Positions 1 through 20,700 are shown, numbered from the stretch's first letter. The stretch: DNA of 64,000 nucleotides from Macrostomum lignano (GCA_002269645.1 NIVC01002267.1:94247-158246); one strand, 5' to 3'. The notes: generated from the sequence alone by a model not told the origin. Program-made: numbers and translations.

Positions 1-1118
1 AGACAGAAATAACCTGTGACAATTTTGGTATTAGCAGTTGGAATTTTAATAGAGAGAAGTTAGCCCTACAACAACTTTGGTGGCAGCTTATATGATATTT
101 TAAAAGACAAAGGAAAACACCCTGTCATAGCTGGTATAGCATCAGTAGAACTTATTATATATCAGAAAAGAAAGATGCCTATCACACATTATTTAAAAAA
201 ATTGAAAGGATATACTATATCAGTTATTACTTCTGACTTTTGTGCCATTTGTGCACTGTTTCTGTGCCTTAAACCATAAAACTACACAAAACATATATAG
301 GAATTAAACAATTAAAAATCCAAAAAAAGTTTAACAAATAATTATACATTTTATATAACAAAGTTATAAAAAATGTATGTACCATGGACCCTTTATAGTG
401 CAAATTAATTAGTAAATAATATATTTTATTAATATAATTTTAAACCTAAAAAAATATTTTTATTGAATATGCATACACATGTACTAGTTCTCATTATCAA
501 TAAATAAGCTACTTAAACTTTTTGAACTACTTGACTTAACTAAACTACATAAATATCAAGATATATGATAAACTTTTAGATTTTTATTATTCAAAAAAAT
601 TGGGTTAAGTACTCAATTTTAAACTAGCAAGTCAGGTACTTATAGGGTATCTATAATAAATATTCCTAGATTAAGAGTAGGCTGCTTAGTGGTTTCTTGT
701 GAGCTTATGCCAAAAACTTAGGCAGCATATCTAGAAGTAAGCAATTAGCTAAATAAGTTTTAGCACCTAATTTGCCAATGATTATCTGTTCAATCACAAA
801 CTGAAAATGTGTCATGCAAACTGCAATGAGTAGTACAGGATCACATAGTAGTATATCAATATAAACTATAGCCATTTATTAGTCTAAATCACATGACTCA
901 ACAAGTTGCATTTTTTCCTATTTTTTTCATTTGAAGTATCCATACATTTATAATTATTGAAATTCTTAGGAATTTAATATTGCTATCAGTTCAAAAATTT
1001 GAGTAATCTGTAAGCATGGAGTCTGCAGGCTTTAGATATTGGTATTTTATGAAAATTTGAACCCTAGATACCAAATGGCAACTGTGCTTTTGACACTTTA
1101 GGGAAACTCAAAACTCAG

Positions 1119-2637
1119 TTGAACCCTATTCTATACAGGTCTTGCATATTTGATTATTGTCTTCAATCATTGACACTGCCACCTGTCTCTCATGCATGCT
1201 TCATTCTTGCCATCTTATGCGGGAGAAATTTTAAATTAGCCAATAACGAAACCAACTGGTCTTCAGTTATCGCAACAGAACAAGCCATGTCTAGTCTCTG
1301 TCCGTCAGGCATTGACAATGACAACGAAATTGATGGCACATTTGCTGCGCTTAATTCCGAACTGTTGAATGGAGAATTGACAGACGGCAGTGCAGCAGCG
1401 GCAGTGGTGGCAGCTGCAACAGCTTCTAGCAGTTGCAACGTGTGCCAGATGGTTGTAACGGGCGGTCGGCGCAACTTTGAGCGGCACATGCGCGAGCACA
1501 ACCAGCACTTTCTGGCGGCCATCACTGCGGCATTGAACCAGTCAGCTGAGGTGGCCTTGGCTGCTGCAGCATCGGCCACCACCACTGCTTCGGCTTCTAG
1601 TGCTGCTCCTGAAGCCTCTTGCTCTACTGCTGTTGACAAGGATGTTGAAGCGGACGCAACGGGTTTAAGCTCTAGCGATACTGTGGATTTAGAATTGCCG
1701 CCTGCTGAAGCTTCAAATACGAATGGAAATGCCTTCTATTGTTGCGGCTATTGTGAGAAACGATTTCGGTAAGCGCATTTAGCTTGTTAGAAAACCTTTA
1801 GGCTTAGTTAAATTCCTTGGTTGCATTCTGCAATGCTCTCAGCCAACCCTACCCCCAATGTACACTAGCTCTCAGCCAACCCCTACCCCCAATTTACACT
1901 AGCTCTCAGCCAACCCCTACCCCCAATGTACACTAGCTCTCAGCCAACCCCTACCCCTAATGTACACTATCTCTCAGCCAACCCCTACCCCCAATGTACA
2001 CTAGCTCTCAGCCAACCCCTACCCCCAATGTACACTAGCTCTCAGCCAACCCCTACCCCCAATGTACACTAGCTCTCAGCCAACCCCTACCCCCAATGTA
2101 CACTAGCTCTCAGCCAACCCCTACCCCCAATATACGCTTGCTCACAGCCAACTCCTACCTCCAATGTACACTACCTTCTAGCAAACTCCTACCCCCAATG
2201 TACACTAGCTTCTAACCAACCCCTACCCCCAATGTACACTAGCTCTCAGCCAACCCGTACACCAATGTACACTAGCTTCCAGCCAACCGCCGTCCACTAA
2301 ACTCAGATTCCCAGCTGCGCTGCGGCAGCACGAGCGCGTCCACCAGCTGGACCGGCCGTTCAACTGCGCTGACTGCGGCAAAGGTTTCGTGCAGAAGACG
2401 CACCTGATTCGGCACCGGCTTATTCATACAGGCGAAAAACCATTTCGTTGCTCTGAATGCGGCAAAAGTTTCAACCAATCGAACAATCTCAATCAGCACC
2501 TGATTACGCATCGAGGCGTGAGGGAATTTCCCTGTCGAGTGTGCGCAAAATTATTTACTCTGGCTGGCAACAGAAAGAAACACGAAGCTCGCTGCCATAA
2601 ATTCTATTGCGACGACAATCCAGAGAGAAAGTGTTGA
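1119..2637 (+). CDS. C2H2 zinc-finger protein (about 5 fingers); 5' end uncertain
   Basis: Exon ending at 1768 (CG|GTAAG) splices to 2307 (CTCAG|A), rebuilding CGYCEKRFRFPAALRQHERVH. It is followed by CADC..HRLIH-TGEKPF-CSEC..HLITH and CRVC..HEARCH; stop at 2635-2637. An atypical finger CNVC..HMREH lies upstream. The true start is unclear (possible acceptor near 1239, or Met near 1287). Confidence 0.85.
1845..2290 (+). repeat. 34-bp minisatellite (AGCTCTCAGCCAACCCCTACCCCCAATGTACACT) in the zinc-finger intron
   Basis: About 12 tandem units with 34-bp periodicity; same family at about 4490-4770. Confidence 0.95.
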
Positions 2638-2894
2638 GAAAAGCATGCATAATTGCTATTTTGGAAGCCAAAGGCTTTAGAATGGCGATTTTTCTTACTT
2701 GAAGTAGTACTACTCAATATTATGAGCCAATTAAAATCAAATCAGCTTGCCTCAAATCAAATTTTAAGTTCCATAGTTGCAAGTTAAAATCTAAGAATCT
2801 CTGTCTGAAACAAAAACTCCTTTCCTGAATACATAGATTCTCATCCTGAATACGTCGAGTTCCCCGTTCTATCCCATTCTGCGCCTAAGATCCC

Positions 2895-3500
2895 CATTCT
2901 ATGTCTAAATATCCCCATTCTATACATAAAGATCCTCATTTTATACATAAAGATCCCCATTCTATACATAAAGACCCTCATTTTATACATAAAGATCCCC
3001 ATTCTATGTCTAAATATCCCGATTCCGTACATAAAGATCCCCATTCTATACATAAAGATCCCCATTCTATACATAAAGATCCCCATTCTATACATAAAGA
3101 TCCCCATTCTATACATAAAGATCCCCATTCTATACATAAAGATCCCCATTCTATACATAAAGATCCTCATTTTATACATAAAGATCCCCATTCTATACAT
3201 ACAGGTTTCCATTCTATACATAGAGATCCTCATTCTATGCATAAAGATCTCCATTTATACATAAAGATCCCCATTCTATACATAAAGATCCTCATTCCAT
3301 ACATAAAGATCCTCATTTTATACATAAAGATCTCCATTCTATACATAAAGATCCTCATTCCATACATAAAGATCCTCATTCCATACATAAAGATCCTCAT
3401 TTTATACATAAAGATCCCCATTTTATACATAGAGATCCCCATTCTACACATAGAGATCCCCATTCTATACATAGAGATCCCCATTCTATACATAGAGATC
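2895..3500 (+). repeat. 21-bp minisatellite (TATACATAAAGATCCCCATTC)
   Basis: Direct periodicity; explains the repetitive ORFs 2841-3512. Confidence 0.95.
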
Positions 3501-4489
3501 CTCATCGCTTAAAAACGGAGGGGAATAAACTCTATCCAGGTTAAAAATAAAAAAAATTAGAGTTAATAACCAATCCCACAGATTAAGCTGGTAAAGAATT
3601 GTTTTGATAATCCGAAAACAAACTTGAAACGTTTCGCAAATTCGTGCCAAGAACTACTGACAAAATTTCAAATGAAGCTCAGAGCCCTGGCCGCAGCTTG
3701 CCAGATTTTTGTTTGTTTTTTATGCGCGCCTATTCTTATTGGCTGGCTCGTGAACTTTTTTGTTTACTTAAACCGTTGCGTTATTGACTTCCAAGTGTGC
3801 TGCTACAGGTTTTCTGCAGTGGGATGTCTTTTACTCTTGCTTGCTATATTTATTTATTTATTTAAGCTTTCTTTCTTTCAACTGTTTTTGAAGTATCCAC
3901 ATTAAATTGTTTTTTTTTCTCATTGTTTTGTGCCATTATATCTATATATTCTCAATTTGTTCATTCCAGCAGAGTCGTGCAGTGGTATTCTATTTTAAAT
4001 AATGTACTGTTATTTGCTGGTACAAACGCGTCTTCCATTAATTAAATTCCAGGAAAGGCTGTTTTGATAATTTTGTAAAAAAAATTGACGTTTCCTTATG
4101 GCGTACTACTTGCTCTCTAGCGGATTACCAGTAGTCGGAGCAGTGTTTTGTGGTCCTGTTTAATACAAGTATCGAATAGTTTGCTAATAGTATCGGACTT
4201 ATTTATTAAGATTGTACGTAATATCAAAAATTATGAAACTTGTCACTACAAATTGTAGTTTTATTACTAACAGTCAAATTTGTTTTGCGAATTTGTTCGT
4301 ACTGATTTGAGTCAATTTTCAATAACCCAATATTTTTGTTTTTTAACCGTTTTAGAATTTTCTCATTATTGTCTTCCAAGTCTGGGGTTTCCGAAAAATA
4401 GTGGACTAGGACTGCTTTCAACTTTTACGCTTGTTAACTTGTAGAGTCTGACCGTATGCTGCTAAAACTTTTATAATAACAGAGTCTCA

Positions 4490-4770
4490 ATCATCCCTAC
4501 CCCCCAGTGTACACTAGCTCTCAGCCAAACCCTACCCCCAGTGTACACTAGCTCCCAACCAACCCCTGCCCCCAATGTACGCTCGTACAGTAGCTCTCAG
4601 TTAACTCCTACCCCCAATGTACACTAGCTTTTAACCAACTCCTACCCCCAATGTACACTAGCTCTCAGCCAACTCCTACCCCCAATGTACACTAGCTTTT
4701 AACCAACTCCTACCCCCAATGTACACTAGCTCTCAGCCAACTCCTACCCCCAATGTACACAATGTACATT
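4490..4770 (+). repeat. Second array of the 34-bp minisatellite family
   Basis: Same unit as 1845-2290. Confidence 0.9.
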
Positions 4771-5786
4771 AGCTTTAACTTCATTCCCACGACCCGATCC
4801 TCAAGAAGCGATGCTTGGACCCACTTTTGGACAAACGTGTTCAGTACGTACGTATACGGTATTCTCTATTAACGCTGAACTTCGCCCTGATAACATTCAT
4901 TAACGCCTGCACGATTTCATGTAGCTATATTTCATTTCTTAGTTGTGTCATGACTTGTTTTACAAAATAATATCGACTTTGATTGGCTGTTAGTGTGTCA
5001 AAAAAGTCTAAAACCTTGCCTTTTGAATAATGTCCAAGATTTTTTTACAGTTTAATAGTTACTCTATTTGAATGTTTTTTGCCAAATATTACCTGCTGAA
5101 CTAAAAGAAGAATATGAAGCGATAGCTTATCCACCCATGTCTGTATTTTTAATAATGTTTCAATGTTTCCATTTATATTTTCTTGTTGCGTCTAAGACTT
5201 ATGGTAAGACAGATTTAAGAAAGTTATAGTGTTGTATATTATAGTTTAAAGACACTTTGTAGTCTTACTGTCCTTCTTTCATTACCTGACTACTGCTTAC
5301 TTTATTATACGAGTAATAAATCAAACAAACTTTGTCGTACAGTTTTTAGTCTCTTTTGATTGCCCCGATCAAAGATATTTAACAATACGCGAATTAGTGT
5401 AATTTCAACAAGCTTTCTAGGCCTCCGTTTGTTTTGGAGAGCCGACGAAAAAAGAAGAAAAAATAGAAATGGAAGGCCACGGAGGCTTTTGCTTGTCTGT
5501 TAAAAGATAAACAATTGTCCCGTGGTTGTTGCTGCAGCACACTTGTCTTTGTTGTTTATTATTAATTTTTTTTGAATAAGAAAAGGCTTTTTTTGAAAGG
5601 CAGTGTTTTAATGTATTTTATTGTAGTAGGCTTTTAGAATGCCCGCGTGTAACGCAGTTTAATATAGTTATTTAGTAGAGTTAGCTTGGGCAGTGACTAG
5701 GGGCTTGGCTCAAGTGATTTTGTTAGCTTAGTCTTTGTTTTTGCAAGTCTTTATTTTATCAGTTCCTTGGCGGCGTCGGCTTTGGC

Positions 5787-7232
<1,446 letters not shown>

Positions 7233-7307
7233 TGTTTCTGCTTTGAAATGGTAGAAAAGCTTTTGTCTGCCGGTGATTCGCTTTAACGGAAGCGGGATTG
7301 AGAGGTT

Positions 7308-7475
7308 GAATGAAAAGTGGAGCGGTACCGGGCTCTGTTAATATAGCCTGGGGCTTGGGAGACGAAAAAGGGGTGGGATGCGTTGCCATGGAAACCTGCG
7401 CGCGTGGCGGCTGGTCGCTTGAGGAGACTGTAGGCAGGGGGGGCAAGATGAGGCGTTCCGGTTGCCATGGGATAT
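7308..7475 (-). promoter_or_regulatory. Alpha-tubulin promoter: Inr-like TCATTC, TATA-like TATATTAA and two RFX X-boxes
   Basis: TCATTC at 7313-7308, TATATTAA at 7345-7338, GTTGCCATGGAAAC at 7382-7395 and GTTGCCATGGGATAT at 7461-7475. Confidence 0.7.
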
Positions 7476-8641
7476 CCTAGCTCTGAGGAGGAGGGCAGAA
7501 TTGTCCCCATCCATTCATCCTATATGCAGCTAAGCAAACTCTATGTCTGGTAGCTTATCTCATCATTTCCATTGCATCGGTTGGGGTGATGGGTGAGCCC
7601 TGTGGTAGAGGGGGGCTGATGCAAATAAAACTGCTTCTCAAACTCATTCCTCTCCACCACCCTCCCCAATTTACGTGGCTTTGTTTCTTACATTCATTTT
7701 CACCTGCCCATCCGTCCGTCCCACTGAATTTTGTATCAGTTGCTTTATATTACATACCTGCCTGTCTGTCTTGCCTAGCCTGGCTAGATGATGCTACACG
7801 GTTTGGAATGTGTTGTCACTAGCAACCGACCTCCCTTCCTCTGGCTCTGCTCCCCTCTTCAATCCCAAGCTCTGCCAGTCGCTGTCTCTCATTGACTAAG
7901 AGGATTAGTTGTATTGCTACAGCATTAAAGTGTCCATGCGCGTCGGTTAAGGCAGCTCTTCCCAATGCCCTTCTACCCATCTTGGCAAATTCTGGGTATA
8001 GACAGAAGCTGAAGCATTCACTTGACTGTTTCTCCCTGTTTAGTAGCAATAAAGAGAGACAGAATTCCAAGTGCGTCATCAATTTTATTGCGATGTAAAA
8101 CTTGCCACACTGCATCAAGGAGACCGATAGCCCTAGAGACCTAGAGTGGACGCGGATAGCAAAAACTCGTCATATTGTTAGGCTTTTCTTCAAAATTAAG
8201 TGCTACAAATAACTAATTCGATGACGAGGAATTTGTGTATAGCAAAATGGTCATAGTTACTCCCGCCGTGTACTCACGGCATTGCAATTTAGTGGGATCA
8301 GCAATTTCCTGTCCTGATTCTAGATTTTAGATCTCCTTATATATCGGCTGTATCATTCTTGCATCCCGCCTTACCTAGTTTGCCTGAATGAGTCAGGCAA
8401 TCCATCTGGGGATTTAAGAAAAAAGATTGAAGTCCGTGTCCGACTCGTAAATGCGCAGTGCGTCTCTGCCTATGCCACCATTAAGTTACTGGGAAACGGT
8501 TACAAAATCGATACAAACTTTGAAGCTTTTTTATCTGTCTGTTAAAAACGATGTCTAGGTATATTTCGTACTGATCAGTGCACCTATATTTCAGCCTGCT
8601 GCGGTAAACTGCTGTCTAAAAACTTCCCAATCAACGCTGCA

Positions 8642-15070
<6,429 letters not shown>

Positions 15071-15569
15071 GATTCTCGGCGCTACTCGCTTTTTTGCTAT
15101 AAGGGACAGTCTTTAAAGCTTTCTAATACTGTTAGTAGTGCATTTCAACTATAAACTGAATGCTTGTTTGTGCCGTTTTTTTATTTATTTAATCTTGAAT
15201 CTTTGCTTTGCTCTGTGAGCGGGACCAGCGTGTCTGTTTTTTATCTTTCAGTTCTTCCTATTTGGCACAATAATCACCAGGTATGCTGTCTATCCCCAAA
15301 TGCGTGTGTTTCATTACTCGCACAATGTAATACTCACTGCCTACAGTAGTAAATAGTAGTACATAAGCACGAACAGTACACCAAGCATAATTTATTCTGC
15401 TGTAAGCGACTCGTGAAAAATTTAGGGCAGCAATCTTTTTTTTCTTTTATTATTCTGTTTTCTTCTAAACCAATTGTTGAGGTAATTGGCTTTTAATTAG
15501 TCAAACTTTATTCAATTCAAATAGAGATGTGAATTGGATTTTTAGGGAAAGCTTAAATAGAAGATTTTC

Positions 15570-16320
15570 GGATCCCCAGTTGCTGGGCCAGCCTCCCAGA
15601 TCCCCAACAGTTACTGTGCCAGCCTCCCAGATCCCCAGTTGCTGGGCCAGCCTCCCAGATCCCCAGTTGCTGCACCAGCCTCCCAGATTCCCAGTTGCTG
15701 CGCCAGCCTCCCAGATCCTCATCAGTTGCTGGGCCAGCCTCCCAGATCCCCAGTTGCTGGGTCAGCCTCCCAGATCCTCAGTTGCTGGGCTAGCCTCCCA
15801 GATCCCCAGGTGCTGGGCCAGCCTCTCAGATCCTCAGTTGCTGGGCCAGCCTCTCAGATCCTCAGTTGCTGGGCCAGCCTCCCAGATCCCCAGTTGCTGC
15901 ACCAGCCTCCCAGATTCCCAGTTGCTGCGCCAGCCTCCCAGATCCTCATCAGTTGCTGGGCCAGCCTCCCAGATCCCCAGTTGCTGGGTCAGCCTCCCAG
16001 ATCCTCAGTTGCTGGGCCAGCCTCTCAGATCCTCAGTTGCTGGGCCAGCCTCTCAGATCCTCAGTTGCTGGGCCAGCCTCCCAGATCCTCACTCCTCAGT
16101 TGCTGGGCCAGCCTCCCAGATCCTCAGTTGCTGGGCCAGCCTCCCAGATGCTCAGTTGCTGGGCCAGCCTCCCAAGATCCCCAGTTTTTCGGCCAGCCTC
16201 CCAGATCCCCAGTTGCTGGGCCAGCCTCCCAGATCCTCAGTTGCTGGGCCAGCCTCCCAGATGCTCAGTTGCTGGGCCAGCCTCCCAAGATCCCCAGTTT
16301 TTCGGCCAGCCTCCTAGATC
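15570..16320 (+). repeat. About 28-bp minisatellite (CAGTTGCTGGGCCAGCCTCCCAGATCCC)
   Basis: Direct periodicity; the reverse complement recurs at 63705-64000. Confidence 0.95.
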
Positions 16321-16666
16321 CTTTCAAATTTTAAATAAATCAAGATCCATCTATTATCAATAAAAAGGAGTAGACTTTTTCTGCAATCAACCAAATTTTT
16401 TTCTTTTTTTTCTGAAATTTGGTTACACTGTAGATTTGAACAAACTTTCCTTTATACTACTTGTAGCCTCCATTTCTTAGTAGGATAATGCGTGCTAACT
16501 GTCAAAAACTTTCAAACCGATGAAAAACTTACTTTTTTCGTATATAGATTTTTTTTCTCAAACCTGTGCTTTTGCTCCGCCTGCCTGTAATATCTGACGG
16601 TTTTTTAATCTTTCCTTTTACTTGAACTGCTATTCTCAGCTGTGCACCAATTGGTACAGAAGCCGG

Positions 16667-16899
16667 ACAATTCACTGCCAACGATTTAGGTTATGGTTAG
16701 GACTAGGTTTAGGTCAGGGTTAAGTTTAGGTTCATTTAGGTAAAGTTTAGGTTAGGTTTAGATTAATGTTAGGTTAATGTTAAGGTTAGGGTTTGGGTTA
16801 TATTTAGGTTTAGGGTTTAGTTTATGGATTAAGGTTTCAGGTTTAATTTATGTTAAGGTAGGTAAAATATGTAAAATATTATATTTGGCTGTCAATTGT
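16667..16899. repeat. Small element with imperfect inverted ends and a degenerate TTAGGG/TTTAGG core
   Basis: ACAATTCACTGCCA (16667-16680) and TGGCTGTCAATTGT (16886-16899) are 12/14 inverted matches flanking a telomere-like tract. Confidence 0.55.
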
Positions 16900-17289
16900 T
16901 GTAGACTCTGCACTAACTTCCACATTTAGTGTAGTATAGTTATTTTGCACAGACAATTAAAATGTTTTATCACATAATTTATGATTAATCCACTTTTTGA
17001 TTGGTAAACGTACACTTGTGTTCGCTCTGTCACTTTTCCTAATTTTTATTAGTATTTGGAAGAGTAAAATTGTGATGCGATATGAATACACCAATCAAAG
17101 CTAAATCTCAAAGTCCATTAGTTATTTTTCTTTTTTCTAGGACGTTTAGGGTCTATTAAGATTTCAATGTTTTTGAGCCGTTTTACTTATCTGTACTCTG
17201 TACTCACTCTGATTATCGATTCGTCAATAGAGTTCTATTCAAATTTCATTTCCAATTCTCAAAACGTCACTCCTGCGCCAATCTACTTA

Positions 17290-17660
17290 TCACTGTATCA
17301 CTCTAATTGTCCCTCTATCACTCTAATTGTCACGCTATCACTCTAATTGTCACTCTGTCACTCTAATTGTCACTCTATCACTTTAATTGTCACTATCAGT
17401 CTAGTTGTTTCTCTATCACTCTATAATTGTTACTCTGTCACTCTAATTGTCACGCTATCACTCTAATTGGCACTCTGTCACTCTAATTTCACTCCTCTCT
17501 CTAATTGTCACTCCGTCACTCTTAACTGTCACTTTATCACTCTCATTGTCACTCCATCACTCTCATTGTCACTCTATCACTCTAATTGTCACTCTATCAC
17601 TCTATTTTTCACTTCATCGCTTTAGTTGTCACTCTATAATTTTAATCATCACTCTATCCT
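17290..17660 (+). repeat. Degenerate TCACTCTAATTG-type minisatellite
   Basis: Repeated TCACTCT(A)ATTG motif. Confidence 0.85.
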
Positions 17661-17833
17661 TTCAACTGTCACTTCAATGTCCTACAAGTCTCGCCCAATA
17701 TGGCACTCCAGTTTTCGGTTTATATTGTCACGATATTTAAAGCTAACCAACTCTTCGACTAGCTTACCACCTGTAACTATAATCAAAAGACATTAACAAG
17801 CAGATTTTGAACCGCAAATTTCAGTGAAGCATC

Positions 17834-19442
17834 ATGGCCAAATACCAGGGCATCCGCAATGAGAAGCAGCGCTATTGCTGCTCCAAAGAGTGCATCAAAG
17901 CCGTGCTAATCTTCTTTAATCTATTAGTAGCCCTCTGCGGTCTGGCCGTCTGCATACTTGGCGTCTGGCTGCTGTTGTCCCGACGCAACTACATCTCCGT
18001 GCTGACTGGGGAGATGTTCTTTCTCAGCCATTTCCTGCTCACCGCTTGCGGCGGCTTGATCTTCGCTTTCGCTGTGCTCGGGTTTGTTGGCATATTTCTC
18101 AATAGGATCCGCCTGCTGAGCGTCTATACCGGCTTCCTGGTTGCTCTACTCATAGTAGAGTGCGCCGTGTGCGCCATCGGATTTGTGTTCGCCGGCTCGC
18201 TGCAGGTTGGATTCTCGGATAGCTGCCTTTGGGGTGGAATTAGGGATTGCAGAGTGATAGTCTGACCCGATGAGAGGCAACGTCAGTCACGGATTGACAG
18301 CTTCTGAAACGGGGAGTGACAGTCTAAATTGGGGAGTGACAGTCTAAATTGGGGAGTGACAGTCTAAATTGGGGAGTGACAGTCTAAATTGGGGAGTGAC
18401 ATTCTGAATTGGGGAGTGACATTCTGAATTGGGGAGTGACATTCTGAATTGGAAAGTGACATTCTGAATTGGGGAGTGACATGAATTAAGAGTGACATTC
18501 TAAATTGCGGAGTGACATTTTGAATCTGGGAGTGACATTCTAAATTGGGGAGTGACATTCTAAATTAGGGAGTGACATTCTAAATTAGGGAGTGACAATC
18601 TAAATTTGGGGAGTGACATTCTGAATCGGGGAGTGACATTCTAAATTAGGGAGTGACATTCTAAATTAGGGAGTGACAATCTAAATTTGGGGAGTGACAT
18701 TCTGAATCGGGGAGTGACATTCTAAATTAGGGAGTGACATTCTAAATTAGGGAGTGACAATCTAAATTTGGGGAGTGACATTCTGAATCGGGGAGTGACA
18801 TTCTAAATTGGGGAGTGACATTCTAAATTTGGGAGTGACATTCTGATTTGGGGAGTGACATTCTAAATTTGGGAGTGACATTCTGAATTGGAGAGTGACA
18901 GTCTGAATCAAGCAGTGACTTTGTTAAATCAGGCGTGAAATTGTGAATTTGTAAGAGTGAAATTATAGTTCTGTGAATTTTGAACCCCAGTGCCCCATAA
19001 ACGGCCTCAACTCCGCCCCCAGACCCGCCTGCAAGAGTCTGTGAAGGAGTCTCTGCTCAATCGCTATCGTATCGATCCGGACGTCACTCGGGCCGTTGAT
19101 CGGCTCCACTCCGAGCTGAAATGCTGCGGCAGCGTATCGTGGCGCGATTGGCGCGAGTCGGCCTACTATTGGAACAACAGCCGGGCCACGACCACCGAGT
19201 ACACTCCCACATCCTGCTGTCGCAGCGACGCCCCCGGCTGCTCGAAAGAGTCCCATCCGTCTAATATATTTCACCAGGGCTGCGCGGTTCGCATGGCCCA
19301 GCAGCTCTATTTGAACCTGCTGGCTGTGGCCTTGTGCGCTCTGGGCATGGCTATTGTGCTGCTGCTGAGCATTGTGCTGGCCTGCTCGCTTATTCACACT
19401 CTGCGAGAGCTGCGCTTGGCTACTAAGAAGTCTTTTAAATAA
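17834..19442 (+). CDS. Tetraspanin (CD151/TSPAN11-like), 2 exons (17834-18205, 19023-19442), about 263 aa
   Basis: Four hydrophobic segments; the large loop has CCG (LKCCGSVSWRDW), PTSCC and a GC before TM4; phase-0 CAG|GT..CCCCAG|ACC junction. Confidence 0.93.
18310..18910 (+). repeat. 20-bp minisatellite (GGGGAGTGACATTCTAAATT) in the tetraspanin intron
   Basis: Direct periodicity. Confidence 0.95.
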
Positions 19443-19489
19443 GCCTTGCTCTGATTGGTTGCTTTTTCCGGGACTGACATTTTAGTTCT

Positions 19490-19930
19490 ACAGGTCTGAT
19501 ATGGGATCTGGGAGTGAGATTGGAGATCTAGGAGTGAGATTGAAGATCTGGAAGTGAGATTAGAAATCTAGGAGTGAGATTGGATATCTAGGAATGAGAT
19601 GAGAGATCTAGGAGTGAGATTGAAGATCTAGAATTAAGATTAGAGATCTAGGAGTGAAATTTGATATCTGGGAATGAGATTAGAGATCTAGGAGTGAGAT
19701 TGGAGATCTGGAAGTGAGATTAGAAGTCTAGGAATGTAATTGAATATCTGGGAGGGAGATTTGAAATCTGGGAGTGAGATTTGAGATCTGGGAATGAGAT
19801 TTGAGATCTGGGAGTAAGATTTAGGATCTGGGGGTGAGATTTGGGGATCTGGAAGTGAGATTTGGGATCCAAGAGTAAAATTGTAGCTCAATGGGTAAGA
19901 TTAAGGGTCTATGGGGTGAGATCGTAGTTC
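19490..19930 (+). repeat. 20-bp minisatellite (GGGAGTGAGATTTGAGATCT)
   Basis: Direct periodicity; resembles the 18310 array and 62870-63030. Confidence 0.9.
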
Positions 19931-20329
19931 AAATAGTAAGATATGAGATCTTCGAATGAGATTTTAGCTCAAAGAGTGAGACCCAATCTACTCGTAATAG
20001 TGGGTCTTTGCCGCTCCCTCTCTATTACCTTAATTTTTAGTTGTAGTTATTTATATCTTTTTTATAATATTCGTTTTGTTCTCGAATGTTTTTTATTGCA
20101 TTGTGTCAGTTTGAAAAATTCATAAGCAAGCAATTAACGCAAATGAAGTCGTTTTAAAGAGCCTGATTACATTAGTGCCGTGTATTTAAATACTTGTCAG
20201 TTTTACATAGCTAAACTGTTTCTGATGCTTGCACATGTATACATTTGCGTATTTGCCTTACATTTATGCTTTTTAGGAAATTTTTGTCAAAGGCTGTTGC
20301 GGTTAATAGCTACTATAGCTGCTGGCTTA

Positions 20330-20700
20330 TGACTAATGATCTATTTTTAGCAACGTGATTTCCATTAAAATGTACGCTACTGAGAAATAGCCAATTAGCG
20401 GCTGACGAAGTGTTGAATGAATGATCTATTTTCGGCAACAGGGGATTCCTATTAAATGTACGCTACTGGAACTAGCCAATTAGCGGCTATCGTAGGGTCA
20501 AAAGAATGATCTATTTTTAGTAACAGGGGATTCCTATTAAGATGTACGCTACTGAGAAATAGCCAATTAGCGGCTGACGAAGTGTTGGGTGAATGATCTA
20601 TTTTTAGCAACAGGGGATTCCGATTAAATGTACGCTACTAAGAAGTAGCCAATTAGCGGCTATCGTAGGTTCAAAAGAATGATCTATTTTTAGTAACAAG
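20330..20700 (+). repeat. About 86-bp tandem repeat with alternating A/B variants
   Basis: GATCTATTT recurs at 20338, 20423, 20508, 20595 and 20681. Confidence 0.9.

Noticed and set aside
7819-8118. Small ORFs between tubulin and the NDR kinase
   Set aside because: No recognisable domain, splice context or codon-bias support.
16685-16860. True telomere or chromosome-fusion site
   Set aside because: Short, highly degenerate, single orientation and enclosed by inverted repeats.
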